Source: an uncultured virus (IMG/VR IMGVR_UViG_2029527006_000008)
Taxonomy: Duplodnaviria; Heunggongvirae; Uroviricota; Caudoviricetes
Virus record (IMG/VR): IMGVR_UViG_2029527006_000008
Location: 62,001-126,000 of that record
Length of the DNA stretch: 64,000 nt
Strand: one strand, 5' to 3'
The number at the start of each line of letters is the position of its first letter. The stretch's first letter is position 1. A program made the translations under genes and the position numbers. Below are positions 1-8,565 of this stretch, one piece after another. A model generated the notes under the pieces. The model saw nothing but the letters and a program-made list of their open reading frames with translations, made no database searches and was not told the DNA's origin.

Positions 1-1
1 G

Positions 2-592
2 GAGCTGGCGAAGTGGCTGGCTGCTGCTGTAGGGCGTCGGAGTTTGGTATTCACGGTTTACTATCCGTCTTACAAATCACTGCGTTCTGTTTACAGCAAA
101 GCAGATCTGGTCACCGATGAAACCCGACGGGAAAAGGCGCGACAGCAGAACAACTTGATTGAGAAAGTTTGTTTGAAGCTGTGCCAAGAGTTCCCACAAC
201 AGATCACTAAAACGGATACACAACTTCCGAAGTTTGGTGGTCGAGGGTTGATTATTACACATCACGTTGTTGATCTCACGATGACGACATCAACGACGCG
301 ATTAAAACTTTTAGAATCACACACGGGTACAGCTAAACCGTACACCAAGTGGTATACGAAATTAACCGGAGGTAAAGACCTTTTCTACATGCCGTTTAAT
401 CGACTCAGCATTCAAGTCTTTGGGGATAAAGCCACAAACTTTTATTCATCCTCTATGGGTCTGAAGAAGTTGATTGAAGATCTCGCCATTGCGAAACAAT
501 GGAACTCTGGTACAAGTTACTCCAAAGTCCGTTCCGACATTAACGGGCTGCCTCCTGGCATTACTAAAGCGGGCTTGAAGTTATTACTTTAA
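2..592 (+). CDS. Conserved jumbo-phage core protein, 5' truncated by the window edge (phiKZ gp66-like position)
   Basis: The frame of ORF 44..592 is open back to base 2. Motifs HHVVDL, LLESHTG, WYTKL, PFN and QVFGD resemble the conserved gene preceding the ChmC/gp68 block. Confidence 0.6.
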   Translation, partial: ELAKWLAAAVGRRSLVFTVYYPSYKSLRSVYSKADLVTDETRREKARQQNNLIEKVCLKLCQEFPQQITKTDTQLPKFGGRGLIITHHVVDLTMTTSTTRLKLLESHTGTAKPYTKWYTKLTGGKDLFYMPFNRLSIQVFGDKATNFYSSSMGLKKLIEDLAIAKQWNSGTSYSKVRSDINGLPPGITKAGLKLLL

Positions 593-655
593 AACTGCAC
601 ACCCTTTATATATGTAGACTTATAACCGAATTTTAGAAATTACAAGGATTAGATC

Positions 656-1399
656 ATGTCAGATTTCCAGCGCCCGCAAAACCAGTCTCGTCCGAAGACC
701 ATGCTGAACGATTATTCTCAGCCGCACCCGGAAACCGAACAACCTCTGCAAGGTGCCAAGCACAACGGCGCACTGCGTTTTGAACAGAAAGTCAACGGCG
801 ATATCGTCCTGCGTGTGTTCGACGGTATCTGGAGTCAGGAAAAGCGTGTTACTCGTGAAGTCACGCTGAACTACAACGAACGTGGCGTGCTGTTTGATAC
901 CATTCGTCAGGCGGCAGATATCAACACTCCGTTCTCTTCTGCGCAGCTGCCGATCAATCAGCAGGCGTGGGTTCGCGGCAACGACGGTAAAAGCAAACGT
1001 ACCGACGAGCCGGTAAACAGCTGTAACTTCATCATCTCTCGTGATGAGAAAGGTCGTGTTACACTGACCTATCAGAAAGGCGACTACAGCTTCAAAACTG
1101 TATTCCGTATGGCGAACGTTGCGGCAATGCGCGTTAAGAACGCCGACGGCACTACCAGCGAAGACTTCGGCATGCCGAGCCGCGCTTCTGCTCGCGCCTG
1201 GTGTAACTTCCACGAAGAACTCCTGAACGATCTGGAGTGGAAAGCCTGGAAACCGAAAGGCGGCAATAATAACAATAACTCCAACGGTGGTGGCGGTAAT
1301 AACAACTGGCAGAACCGTAACAACAACAATGGTGGTGGCAATGGCGGCGGCGCGATGGCAGCAACCACGCAGGAATTCGATGACGATATCGAATGGTAA
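656..1399 (+). CDS. chmC: ChmC-like (phiKZ gp67-like) nucleic-acid-binding protein with an Asn/Gly-rich tail and acidic C-terminal tip
   Basis: 247 aa. Beta-rich N-terminal domain, then GGNNNNNSNGGGGNNN..., ending EFDDDIEW. Lies directly upstream of the gp68-like and PicA-like genes. AAGGA RBS. Confidence 0.65.
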   Translation: MSDFQRPQNQSRPKTMLNDYSQPHPETEQPLQGAKHNGALRFEQKVNGDIVLRVFDGIWSQEKRVTREVTLNYNERGVLFDTIRQAADINTPFSSAQLPINQQAWVRGNDGKSKRTDEPVNSCNFIISRDEKGRVTLTYQKGDYSFKTVFRMANVAAMRVKNADGTTSEDFGMPSRASARAWCNFHEELLNDLEWKAWKPKGGNNNNNSNGGGGNNNWQNRNNNNGGGNGGGAMAATTQEFDDDIEW

Positions 1400-1410
1400 T
1401 AGCCAGACCT

Positions 1411-1460
1411 AAATAAATAGGCAGCCTAGGCGGGGGAAACCCTGCCTAGCTATTTATTTT
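1411..1460 (+). terminator. Hairpin terminator
   Basis: CTAGGCGGGG-GAAA-CCCTGCCTAG flanked by AAATAAATAG/CTATTTATTT, after the stop at 1399. Confidence 0.75.
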
Positions 1461-1474
1461 CAGACCTACATTAT
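1457..1474 (+). promoter_or_regulatory. Putative early (virion RNAP) promoter
   Basis: TTTTCAGACCTACATTAT. Identical 18-mer at 53772; resembles the phiKZ early TATATTAC motif. Confidence 0.65.
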
Positions 1475-1513
1475 CTAACTAGTATAAACGTAAATAATGG
1501 AAAGTGAGGCACT

Positions 1514-3085
1514 ATGTCTTTAAACATCTTTACCGTCCGTAACTCCAAAAAGAATTTTGATCGCTTAACAGTGGTCTGGGAGCAGGGTGAAGAGAAGCGC
1601 CATCTGCACTTCATGGGTAAGGGGTCGATTAAATTAGCCGAAGTTAAAAAGGAAGACAACGATGCGGACATGGAGTTATTTGCTCCGCTGAACAGCTATT
1701 TCGAAATGGCGCTGTCACCTGAACAACAGAAGCAGCTTTTTGATTTATATCAGCGCGGCGCAGATATCATTGAAGACGGTGAATTCGTCTCCTATGAAAA
1801 AGAGATGCGTCGCATTGAACCAGTGATTCATGACATCCTGAGCTTGGTAAAACCTCAGAACCTCATGAACTACTTTGAGCATTCATCGAAGTTCATGGTG
1901 ATTCCCAAAGACCTCAAGACCACCACTGGTCACGGTTACTATCCGCGGGAAACCACCTTCATCGTAGAAGACTACGTGAACATCGTGAAGGCAACGTTTT
2001 TAATTCGTACTGTGTTTCCTATTTTCTTCGGACTGCTTAGTCGACTGGAATCCTTTACTGGCTCCAGCTATGCCGAGCTGCTCTGCGGAACGTTACTGCG
2101 CAGCAACAGTGTCATCACTGAAACCGCAGCGTGGAAGCGACTGGAGAGCTACGTCAAGCACTCCTTTATGAAGAACACGCAAGCTGATGCATCAATTCAG
2201 GTAGGTTCCACAGAACACACCATCGCGATGATTCTCAGCCGTATCGTCTTTAACCGTTTGTGTGTGGCAATCATTCCGGAAACTGAAAAAGGCAAATCCA
2301 TTATCAATGCGATTTCCTCTGAAGTTAAACAGTTTGAGAACAACAACAACGGCTACCGTAAGAAAGAGAGCTACGGTGACGAAGACGACAACAGCTCGTT
2401 CCTGGATGAACACCAGATCACCGAAGAAGTCCCCATGGCGAAAATCACGCAGATGGCGGAATACTTCTCCTTTGGTCTGCGCGATGAGAAAGATCAAGAA
2501 CGTTTCACCAATCGTTTCAAACACCAGTGCTATGGCCTGGGTATCAAGAACGAGAAGCTGGTTGACATGATTTACGATCGTCTGCCAACGGTGTGGAACT
2601 TCCAGCTCACTAAACCGATGCGTACGTTATTACAAATGACGTTTGCCGGCGATGTGTCTGAGCGCATCTATGATCATTGTGATTATCTGCAACTCACCGC
2701 GGCAATCTGTTTAGCGCAGGTGCGGTTATCAGAAAAAGGTTACGTCTATCTGCCGTCTCTGCTGTGCGCACAGTTTGCACAAGACGGAGTACAATCCGGT
2801 AACTCATTCCTGACACTGAGCAATGAAGATCGCGCACGACTGGGCGAGCTCTGCGACGTGCAGTCAAAGAACAACGAAGGCGGCAGCTTTAATGAAGCAG
2901 CGCTCTACGTGAAGGAGTTCTTTGAGGAACTGGAGAGCAATCAGTGGGAAAGTAATTTGGAGTTTGGGATCCTGGGAAATCCTGAACTGTACAGCAAAGT
3001 TAAGAAAGGTGACATGTTCGACCTTGAAATCACGGTTGAAGTCAAAGCCGAAGTCATGCGCCTTATCAATGAAATCAATCAGTAA
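1514..3085 (+). CDS. Non-virion RNA polymerase promoter-specificity (sigma-like) subunit, phiKZ gp68-like
   Basis: 523 aa helical protein. Size and position between the ChmC-like and PicA-like genes match gp68. GAGG RBS and upstream early-promoter motif. Confidence 0.7.
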   Translation: MSLNIFTVRNSKKNFDRLTVVWEQGEEKRHLHFMGKGSIKLAEVKKEDNDADMELFAPLNSYFEMALSPEQQKQLFDLYQRGADIIEDGEFVSYEKEMRRIEPVIHDILSLVKPQNLMNYFEHSSKFMVIPKDLKTTTGHGYYPRETTFIVEDYVNIVKATFLIRTVFPIFFGLLSRLESFTGSSYAELLCGTLLRSNSVITETAAWKRLESYVKHSFMKNTQADASIQVGSTEHTIAMILSRIVFNRLCVAIIPETEKGKSIINAISSEVKQFENNNNGYRKKESYGDEDDNSSFLDEHQITEEVPMAKITQMAEYFSFGLRDEKDQERFTNRFKHQCYGLGIKNEKLVDMIYDRLPTVWNFQLTKPMRTLLQMTFAGDVSERIYDHCDYLQLTAAICLAQVRLSEKGYVYLPSLLCAQFAQDGVQSGNSFLTLSNEDRARLGELCDVQSKNNEGGSFNEAALYVKEFFEELESNQWESNLEFGILGNPELYSKVKKGDMFDLEITVEVKAEVMRLINEINQ

Positions 3086-3105
3086 GTAAACGGGGACAGT
3101 GAAAG

Positions 3106-4527
3106 ATGAGTGAGATTAGATTAAACCAGGTTATGATCGGTATCGGCAACAACGTACACGATCAGTTCCATCGTTCAAACCGTATTGACATTTTGGAAGA
3201 CCTCGCCAACCGCGCCGCGCATGAGCGTTTCTCTGGCGGCATTACTCCGGCAACCATTGCACAGATGGGGATCACCGGCGGCGGCTTAGCAGCACAGCAC
3301 TCTGGTCTGATTAACGTGGAAGGTGGCTGGAACCAGCGTCGTGGTCTGGCGATGTTACGCATGACCGTGGTAAACAATGCGCTGCAAGAAGACACCATGT
3401 CGGTACTGGGTTATCTTTCTGGCGGCGGCATGGCAATGGGTTCAATGGTGCCGGACGACGTACTCTTTATTCCGGTACGTAGCTGGACCATGTCAACGTC
3501 AGCAACTCAGGACGTTCAGTATATGCCGACCACGTCGCGCATGATCACTGAGACATCACAATTCCTGATGGCGGACCCGGAGATGATTCGTCAGCTTCGT
3601 ACTATCCGTCCGGTAGACGTGATCACTCACGGCTTTGGTCAGGTAGCAGCTGAAGAAGAAGACAGCAACATTCCGTATGCTGGCTCAACCAACGCTGACC
3701 TGAACCATAACGGTGTGATCGTGTCTAAGGGCTCTAACCTGGATCCGCTGACCAACGCCCAAACCATCATGACGCATGCGGCACGTGTTTCTCGCCAACA
3801 GGTTTCTCATAACCTGCTTAGCGAAAACATGGCGATGAGCATGGGTGGGATTAGTGAGCAGGAGATCTTTGAACATCCGTTCCTGTCACTGATGATGTCT
3901 GCGCTGGGCATGCCGAGCTATCAGGGCTTTATCGGTTTTACCTTTGGTGAGTTGCGTCAGGTGTTCCAGGGCTTTGACACTGCGGTGTTGCCAGCCACTG
4001 ACCGTAACATCGAAGCACACAACCATCAGCTCGACAGCGATGTGATGGGTGAAGTGAGCTACCACGAAAAGATCGCTAACGAACTGGCGTTTATCTGTAT
4101 GCACGCCATGATCGATGTGGGTCTGGTGTTCCTGGAGTTCGCTGCGAGTAATACCTCTTCCAACATGGGTATCCTCAACGGCGACATTTACTTCAACCCT
4201 GGTATTCCGGCCGGCGTATTGCCAAACGACCCGAACCTGCAAAACCGCGTGGAATCTCTGAAGGACTATATCTCTTCTACGTTCTTCCAGAAGTATGCGG
4301 TAAAAGCGCTGGGCAATTCTACACCGATGGAAGTTGCGGTGAAGATGAACCTGTTCGGTGAGTGTGTGGTGGATATCGTTCTCAACGGTGACTACGCCAA
4401 CTCCAAGAAGAAGGTGTTCCCGTCTTACACCATTAACCGCGCAAGTTCTAACCTGGCGACCGACGAAGCGCAGGAAAGCATGGCATTGCAATACGTCGAC
4501 AACCTGAAGAATTACTTCATTAAATAA
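3106..4527 (+). CDS. picA: PicA/Imp1-like phage-nucleus protein import factor (phiKZ gp69-like)
   Basis: 473 aa, immediately after the gp68-like gene. Motifs INVEGGWNQRR, VLGYLSG and IRPVDV resemble the family as recalled. Confidence 0.65.
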   Translation: MSEIRLNQVMIGIGNNVHDQFHRSNRIDILEDLANRAAHERFSGGITPATIAQMGITGGGLAAQHSGLINVEGGWNQRRGLAMLRMTVVNNALQEDTMSVLGYLSGGGMAMGSMVPDDVLFIPVRSWTMSTSATQDVQYMPTTSRMITETSQFLMADPEMIRQLRTIRPVDVITHGFGQVAAEEEDSNIPYAGSTNADLNHNGVIVSKGSNLDPLTNAQTIMTHAARVSRQQVSHNLLSENMAMSMGGISEQEIFEHPFLSLMMSALGMPSYQGFIGFTFGELRQVFQGFDTAVLPATDRNIEAHNHQLDSDVMGEVSYHEKIANELAFICMHAMIDVGLVFLEFAASNTSSNMGILNGDIYFNPGIPAGVLPNDPNLQNRVESLKDYISSTFFQKYAVKALGNSTPMEVAVKMNLFGECVVDIVLNGDYANSKKKVFPSYTINRASSNLATDEAQESMALQYVDNLKNYFIK

Positions 4528-4550
4528 ATTTCTAAAATACAGGATAACTC

Positions 4551-5981
4551 ATGAACGAACTTAATCGTCTGTACGAATCAATTCTGCTGGCCTGGGGTTG
4601 TAAGATTGACCAAAGCGGCAAGATCACCTGCGTAATGCTGGGCAAAGAGTATCCGCTCCGCATCGACGGTAAAGATCTGCATCTGCCGATCTCCGAAGCA
4701 CTGAACTCCGGCGCTGACCAGAAAGTGTACTTCCACCCAACCTGCGAAAGCATTATCAGTAAAGAGACTGAGGTCTTTAAGCTGAGCCGTCGTCTGGCTG
4801 GTATCCGTCTGCTGTCTGTGTTCCGTTCCATGATCCCGGTGCTGTTTGATATCTCAAGCCGCAAAGAGAAAAAGAGCTGGAACCAGGCCGTGTATGATGT
4901 CATCAGCCCGCTGGGTGTGGTGAAGAAAAGCGTGAAGGATGAAGTGTTCTCTATGCTGGCACGCCTGTCAGTGGAAGTAGAAGACAACACCGACAACCGC
5001 TTTATTCACTTCAAAATCACCAAGGGCGGCAAAGGCGAACTGGGCGAGCGTGTGTACTACAAAGCCAAGCCGAGCTTCCCGCTGTATGACGTACTGGTTC
5101 GTGAACTGGCGCGTTCCGAAGGCCAACCGAAGAACGCCACTATCTCGGTCAACAACTTCACTATGAGTCGTGAAGCGATCGAGCTGACTGTTCACCTGTT
5201 CCGTTCTATTCTGCCGGCAACGCAGAACCCGGATGCGCATGAGTTTGATGCGCTGGTGCCGGTCGCGGCGCGTTTCACTGCCTTCATGTACTGCTTCGGC
5301 AATGTTGCGGGTCAGCTGAACCGTGCGCAGAACATGTTCCGCGGTGAGTTCGATAAGAAGTCGGTGTACAACATCGATGTGAGCTGGGAAGAACACCTGG
5401 AAGAGATTCCGGAGTTCTATCGTCAGGTGCCGGAACTGGACTACAACAGCCACAACGTGTACAAAGAAGGCGAGCAGCAGCAGAACGCGCTGGGCGGGAA
5501 CATGAGCAATCTGTTCAACATCTCTACTCAGCAGCAGGCCGGCGTTCCAACCCAACACACAGCACAAACTGGTGAAGGCGAAGTCCGTGTTATCAACGGT
5601 ATCGAATTCAACATGAAAGTGCCGACCATGTGGAACGGTGACCGCTACCTGCGTTCTGAACCTAACCTGGCACAGAACCGTGTGCATCACTATGCGATTG
5701 ACATGAACCAGCAAACGGTAATCTACGTTTGTTCGCGCATGGGTAACTTCCTGCATCGTGAAAGCATGCAACAGTACGGCGCTTACGGCGCGCAGCCTTA
5801 CGCTCAGCAGCCGTATGGTTATGCTCCGCAGCAGATGCCGCAGCAGCAGCTGTACGATCAGTACGGTCGTCCGGTCGTGGTTCAGCAGCCGCAGCAGCAA
5901 TCTCCGTATGCAACCAGCTACGGTCATCAAGCACCTTCTGCAAGCACCGTTAGTAATGATGCTATTGAAAGTGCGTGGTAA
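4551..5981 (+). CDS. Conserved nucleus-block protein (phiKZ gp70-like) with a Gln/Pro/Tyr-rich C-terminus
   Basis: 476 aa. LHLP..FHPTCESIISKETEV motif; AGGA RBS; low-complexity QQPYGYAPQQ tail. Confidence 0.6.
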   Translation: MNELNRLYESILLAWGCKIDQSGKITCVMLGKEYPLRIDGKDLHLPISEALNSGADQKVYFHPTCESIISKETEVFKLSRRLAGIRLLSVFRSMIPVLFDISSRKEKKSWNQAVYDVISPLGVVKKSVKDEVFSMLARLSVEVEDNTDNRFIHFKITKGGKGELGERVYYKAKPSFPLYDVLVRELARSEGQPKNATISVNNFTMSREAIELTVHLFRSILPATQNPDAHEFDALVPVAARFTAFMYCFGNVAGQLNRAQNMFRGEFDKKSVYNIDVSWEEHLEEIPEFYRQVPELDYNSHNVYKEGEQQQNALGGNMSNLFNISTQQQAGVPTQHTAQTGEGEVRVINGIEFNMKVPTMWNGDRYLRSEPNLAQNRVHHYAIDMNQQTVIYVCSRMGNFLHRESMQQYGAYGAQPYAQQPYGYAPQQMPQQQLYDQYGRPVVVQQPQQQSPYATSYGHQAPSASTVSNDAIESAW

Positions 5982-5999
5982 CAGCTAAGGTATAATAAC

Positions 6000-6031
6000 T
6001 ACTACTCCTACCCTCGCGGGTAGGAGTAGTA
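6000..6031. terminator. Hairpin between convergent genes (repeat family member)
   Basis: TACTACTCCTACCC-TCGC-GGGTAGGAGTAGTA, followed by a T9 run at 6041-6049. Confidence 0.8.
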
Positions 6032-6051
6032 TTATATATCTTTTTTTTTAT

Positions 6052-6378
6052 TTAACTACGAACTGTATTACTACGTGATATAATACGGTCGATGGCGTCT
6101 GCATCAGGATAATACCATTTTTCCAGACGGCTGATATCTTGAAACGGAGTCTTGATACCAGTTAGGTAAGCACACACCCACCACAGTTTCGGCGGTACAC
6201 CCTTCGCGCGCAAATAACCATAGAAGTCATTCTTAAAGGCGAACAACATACTGGTATCTAGCTCAACGGATGCTTGTGTGTTTGCGATTAGAAAATCGCG
6301 GTGACTGCGGATGAGAGTCTTAAACTCTTCGGTATAGTAGACGTCATTCTCAACGACGTTTGCGGTACTTAACGGCAT
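6052..6378 (-). CDS. Small protein, possible LysM-like/baseplate-wedge-associated virion protein
   Basis: GGAG RBS 7 nt before ATG 6378 (MPLSTAN...). DFYGYL...VPPKLWWVCAYLTGIKTP resembles T4 gp53/LysM-like small proteins. Confidence 0.5.
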   Translation of the reverse strand: MPLSTANVVENDVYYTEEFKTLIRSHRDFLIANTQASVELDTSMLFAFKNDFYGYLRAKGVPPKLWWVCAYLTGIKTPFQDISRLEKWYYPDADAIDRIISRSNTVRS

Positions 6379-6396
6379 GGTGTGGCTCCAATATAC

Positions 6397-6413
6397 TTTC
6401 GAACCTATATTAT
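6397..6413 (+). promoter_or_regulatory. Putative early promoter upstream of nvRNAP beta-C
   Basis: TTTCGAACCTATATTAT, the same consensus as at 1457, 12900 and 53772. Confidence 0.6.
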
Positions 6414-6459
6414 CAGGGTAGTGATACACAAACTGTTAACACGTTAGTAGAGGATAAGT

Positions 6460-8565
6460 ATGAAAAAGCCCAATCTCAAGTTGAGCAAGATCAATCAGAT
6501 GCATCCTGATTTGATCGGCGTCAACACCAACCTCAACATCATGCCATATGGTGACTCAGCGTCACGTCTCTATATGGAAGGGAACATGGTGCCGAAGTCG
6601 GTTGTGGTAAGCGGTAACAGTGAACGTTTGATTACAACGGGGTTTGAAAAACAATACGGCGATACAGCACGTTCGATTCGCTGTCCGTCTGATATGACCG
6701 TAGAAGAAGTGTTCTACGTTCAGTCAACTCGCGGTGACGGTATTCTCACCGACGGCTGGAAAGAGATCTTTGTGATCTTTAAGAACGAAGACAAGAACTA
6801 TTTCGACATTCTGGTTCTTCCTCGATTCCACACACAAAATACTTACGTTGGCTTTGAGTATGTCTACGACAAAGAGATGATGCGTCGCTTGAAGAAAGAT
6901 GCGCCATTCTCTAAAGGTGAAGAGTTCGCCCGCTCACCGCGCGTACGCTCCAGCGGAGAGTGGAACTTCGCAACTGAAACCATCGTCTGTGCTATGTCCA
7001 GTCACGCTACCGAAGAGGACGGCATTCGCATCACCGACCGCTATGCTCGTGAAAAACTGCGCTGCATGTTTAAACATGAACGTGGCTTTGAGTATAACGA
7101 AACAGACTGGATTCCTCTGAACCTTTATGGAACAGAAGACAACCCACGTCCGTTTGCTCGCCCAGGCGAAACCATTCGCGAAGACGGCATTGTTATGGGC
7201 TTCCGTCGCCGCGCTGGTTGTAACCCGCTGATCTCTTTGACTAAGAAAGGTCTGATGCAGCCGGACTACCTGTTTGACAAACTGTTCTATGCACCACCAA
7301 GCTCGGTGATGATGGACGTGATTGTTGAAGGCGAAAAGATCAAAGACCGTTCCCATAACCGCAGCACTGAGCAGATCCCTCAACAGCACAGTGAAGCGAT
7401 GCGTGAATTTGAAGCCATGCAGAATGCCTTCTACGTCGAAGTCATTAACTGGTATGAGCGTCTGATCGTGCGCATGGGTGGTCAGGAACCTGAGATCAGT
7501 TTTGAACTCGATCGTTTTGTGCGTGACGCCTACGGTAAGCACACCAAACGTAACGGTATCATCAACAACCTGGGCTACTCGTACAAGAACATTCGTCAGA
7601 AAGACTGGAAGATCACCATCCGTCTGAAAGAAGAAGTGTCGGGTCGCGTTAAGTTTAAGATGGCAGGTACCAACGGGGACAAAGGTGTTGCAGTTGATAT
7701 GATTCCGTGGCAGGACGCACCTCACTATGAGGACGGCACCTACGCCGACATCATTATTAACAACACACCGGCATTCCGTCGCCAGATCATGACCATGCTG
7801 GCCGAAGCCACCATCAACTTCATTAACCTGCAGGTTCATAAGGAAGTGATCGCACTGCGTAATGAAGGTAAGTACAAAGAAGCGTACGATCGGGTATTCA
7901 TGTTCTATGAAACAGGGTTCCCGGAGTTCGCTGAAATCGTGAAGAACGTCATGGTAACGGAAGAAGATCGTAATGAGCATGTGGATTATATCTGCAAGCA
8001 CAACATCTCGGTTCATCTCCGTTCCGATGCGAAGGTCTACGGTATTAACATTATCCGTGAACTTCGTAAGGTGTTCAAACACAAACCGCAGAAAGTGAAA
8101 TTCCGTGACGCCTTTGGCGAAATGGTGGAGTCACATTATCCGATCTTACTGACCAGCATGTACTATATGTTGTTGGATAAGTTCGGTGCAGATGACAGTT
8201 CTCAGTCTTTCCCGAAAGCCAACCCATTTGGTTTACCGGCGTCGAACAGCCAAGGTGACAAACACACCAACTGGTATATCGACAAAGGCAGCCGTAACAT
8301 CGGTGAGTCAGAAACTCGCTGGGAAACGGCACACAACGGTACAAAAGAAAACATCAAACAGTTAGCGCTGGCGAACAGTGACATCGTTCGTACCAACGCC
8401 ATCAAGCGCATTATTCGTGCTGATGATCCGTTTGAAATCGATTGCATCGTGACCGATGAGGAGATCGCCACTAACCGTGCGGTGATCATGGGATCAGAAC
8501 TGCTCAGTGACTCTGGGTATATCTTGCGTGCAGAAAAGCCTGAAGACAGGGACAATGAATTATGA
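6460..8565 (+). CDS. Non-virion RNA polymerase beta subunit, C-terminal part (phiKZ gp71-73-like)
   Basis: DSASRLYM (cf. RpoB DDANRALM), TEEDG (NFEDS), KMAGTNGDKGV (KMAGRHGNKGV), ADIIIN..AFRR (DIVLNPLGVPSR), NIGESE (RFGEME). Confidence 0.9.
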   Translation: MKKPNLKLSKINQMHPDLIGVNTNLNIMPYGDSASRLYMEGNMVPKSVVVSGNSERLITTGFEKQYGDTARSIRCPSDMTVEEVFYVQSTRGDGILTDGWKEIFVIFKNEDKNYFDILVLPRFHTQNTYVGFEYVYDKEMMRRLKKDAPFSKGEEFARSPRVRSSGEWNFATETIVCAMSSHATEEDGIRITDRYAREKLRCMFKHERGFEYNETDWIPLNLYGTEDNPRPFARPGETIREDGIVMGFRRRAGCNPLISLTKKGLMQPDYLFDKLFYAPPSSVMMDVIVEGEKIKDRSHNRSTEQIPQQHSEAMREFEAMQNAFYVEVINWYERLIVRMGGQEPEISFELDRFVRDAYGKHTKRNGIINNLGYSYKNIRQKDWKITIRLKEEVSGRVKFKMAGTNGDKGVAVDMIPWQDAPHYEDGTYADIIINNTPAFRRQIMTMLAEATINFINLQVHKEVIALRNEGKYKEAYDRVFMFYETGFPEFAEIVKNVMVTEEDRNEHVDYICKHNISVHLRSDAKVYGINIIRELRKVFKHKPQKVKFRDAFGEMVESHYPILLTSMYYMLLDKFGADDSSQSFPKANPFGLPASNSQGDKHTNWYIDKGSRNIGESETRWETAHNGTKENIKQLALANSDIVRTNAIKRIIRADDPFEIDCIVTDEEIATNRAVIMGSELLSDSGYILRAEKPEDRDNEL

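Noticed and set aside
1260..1355. AAC/GGC trinucleotide runs as a DNA repeat element
   Set aside because: They are simply the coding sequence of the Asn/Gly-rich protein linker.
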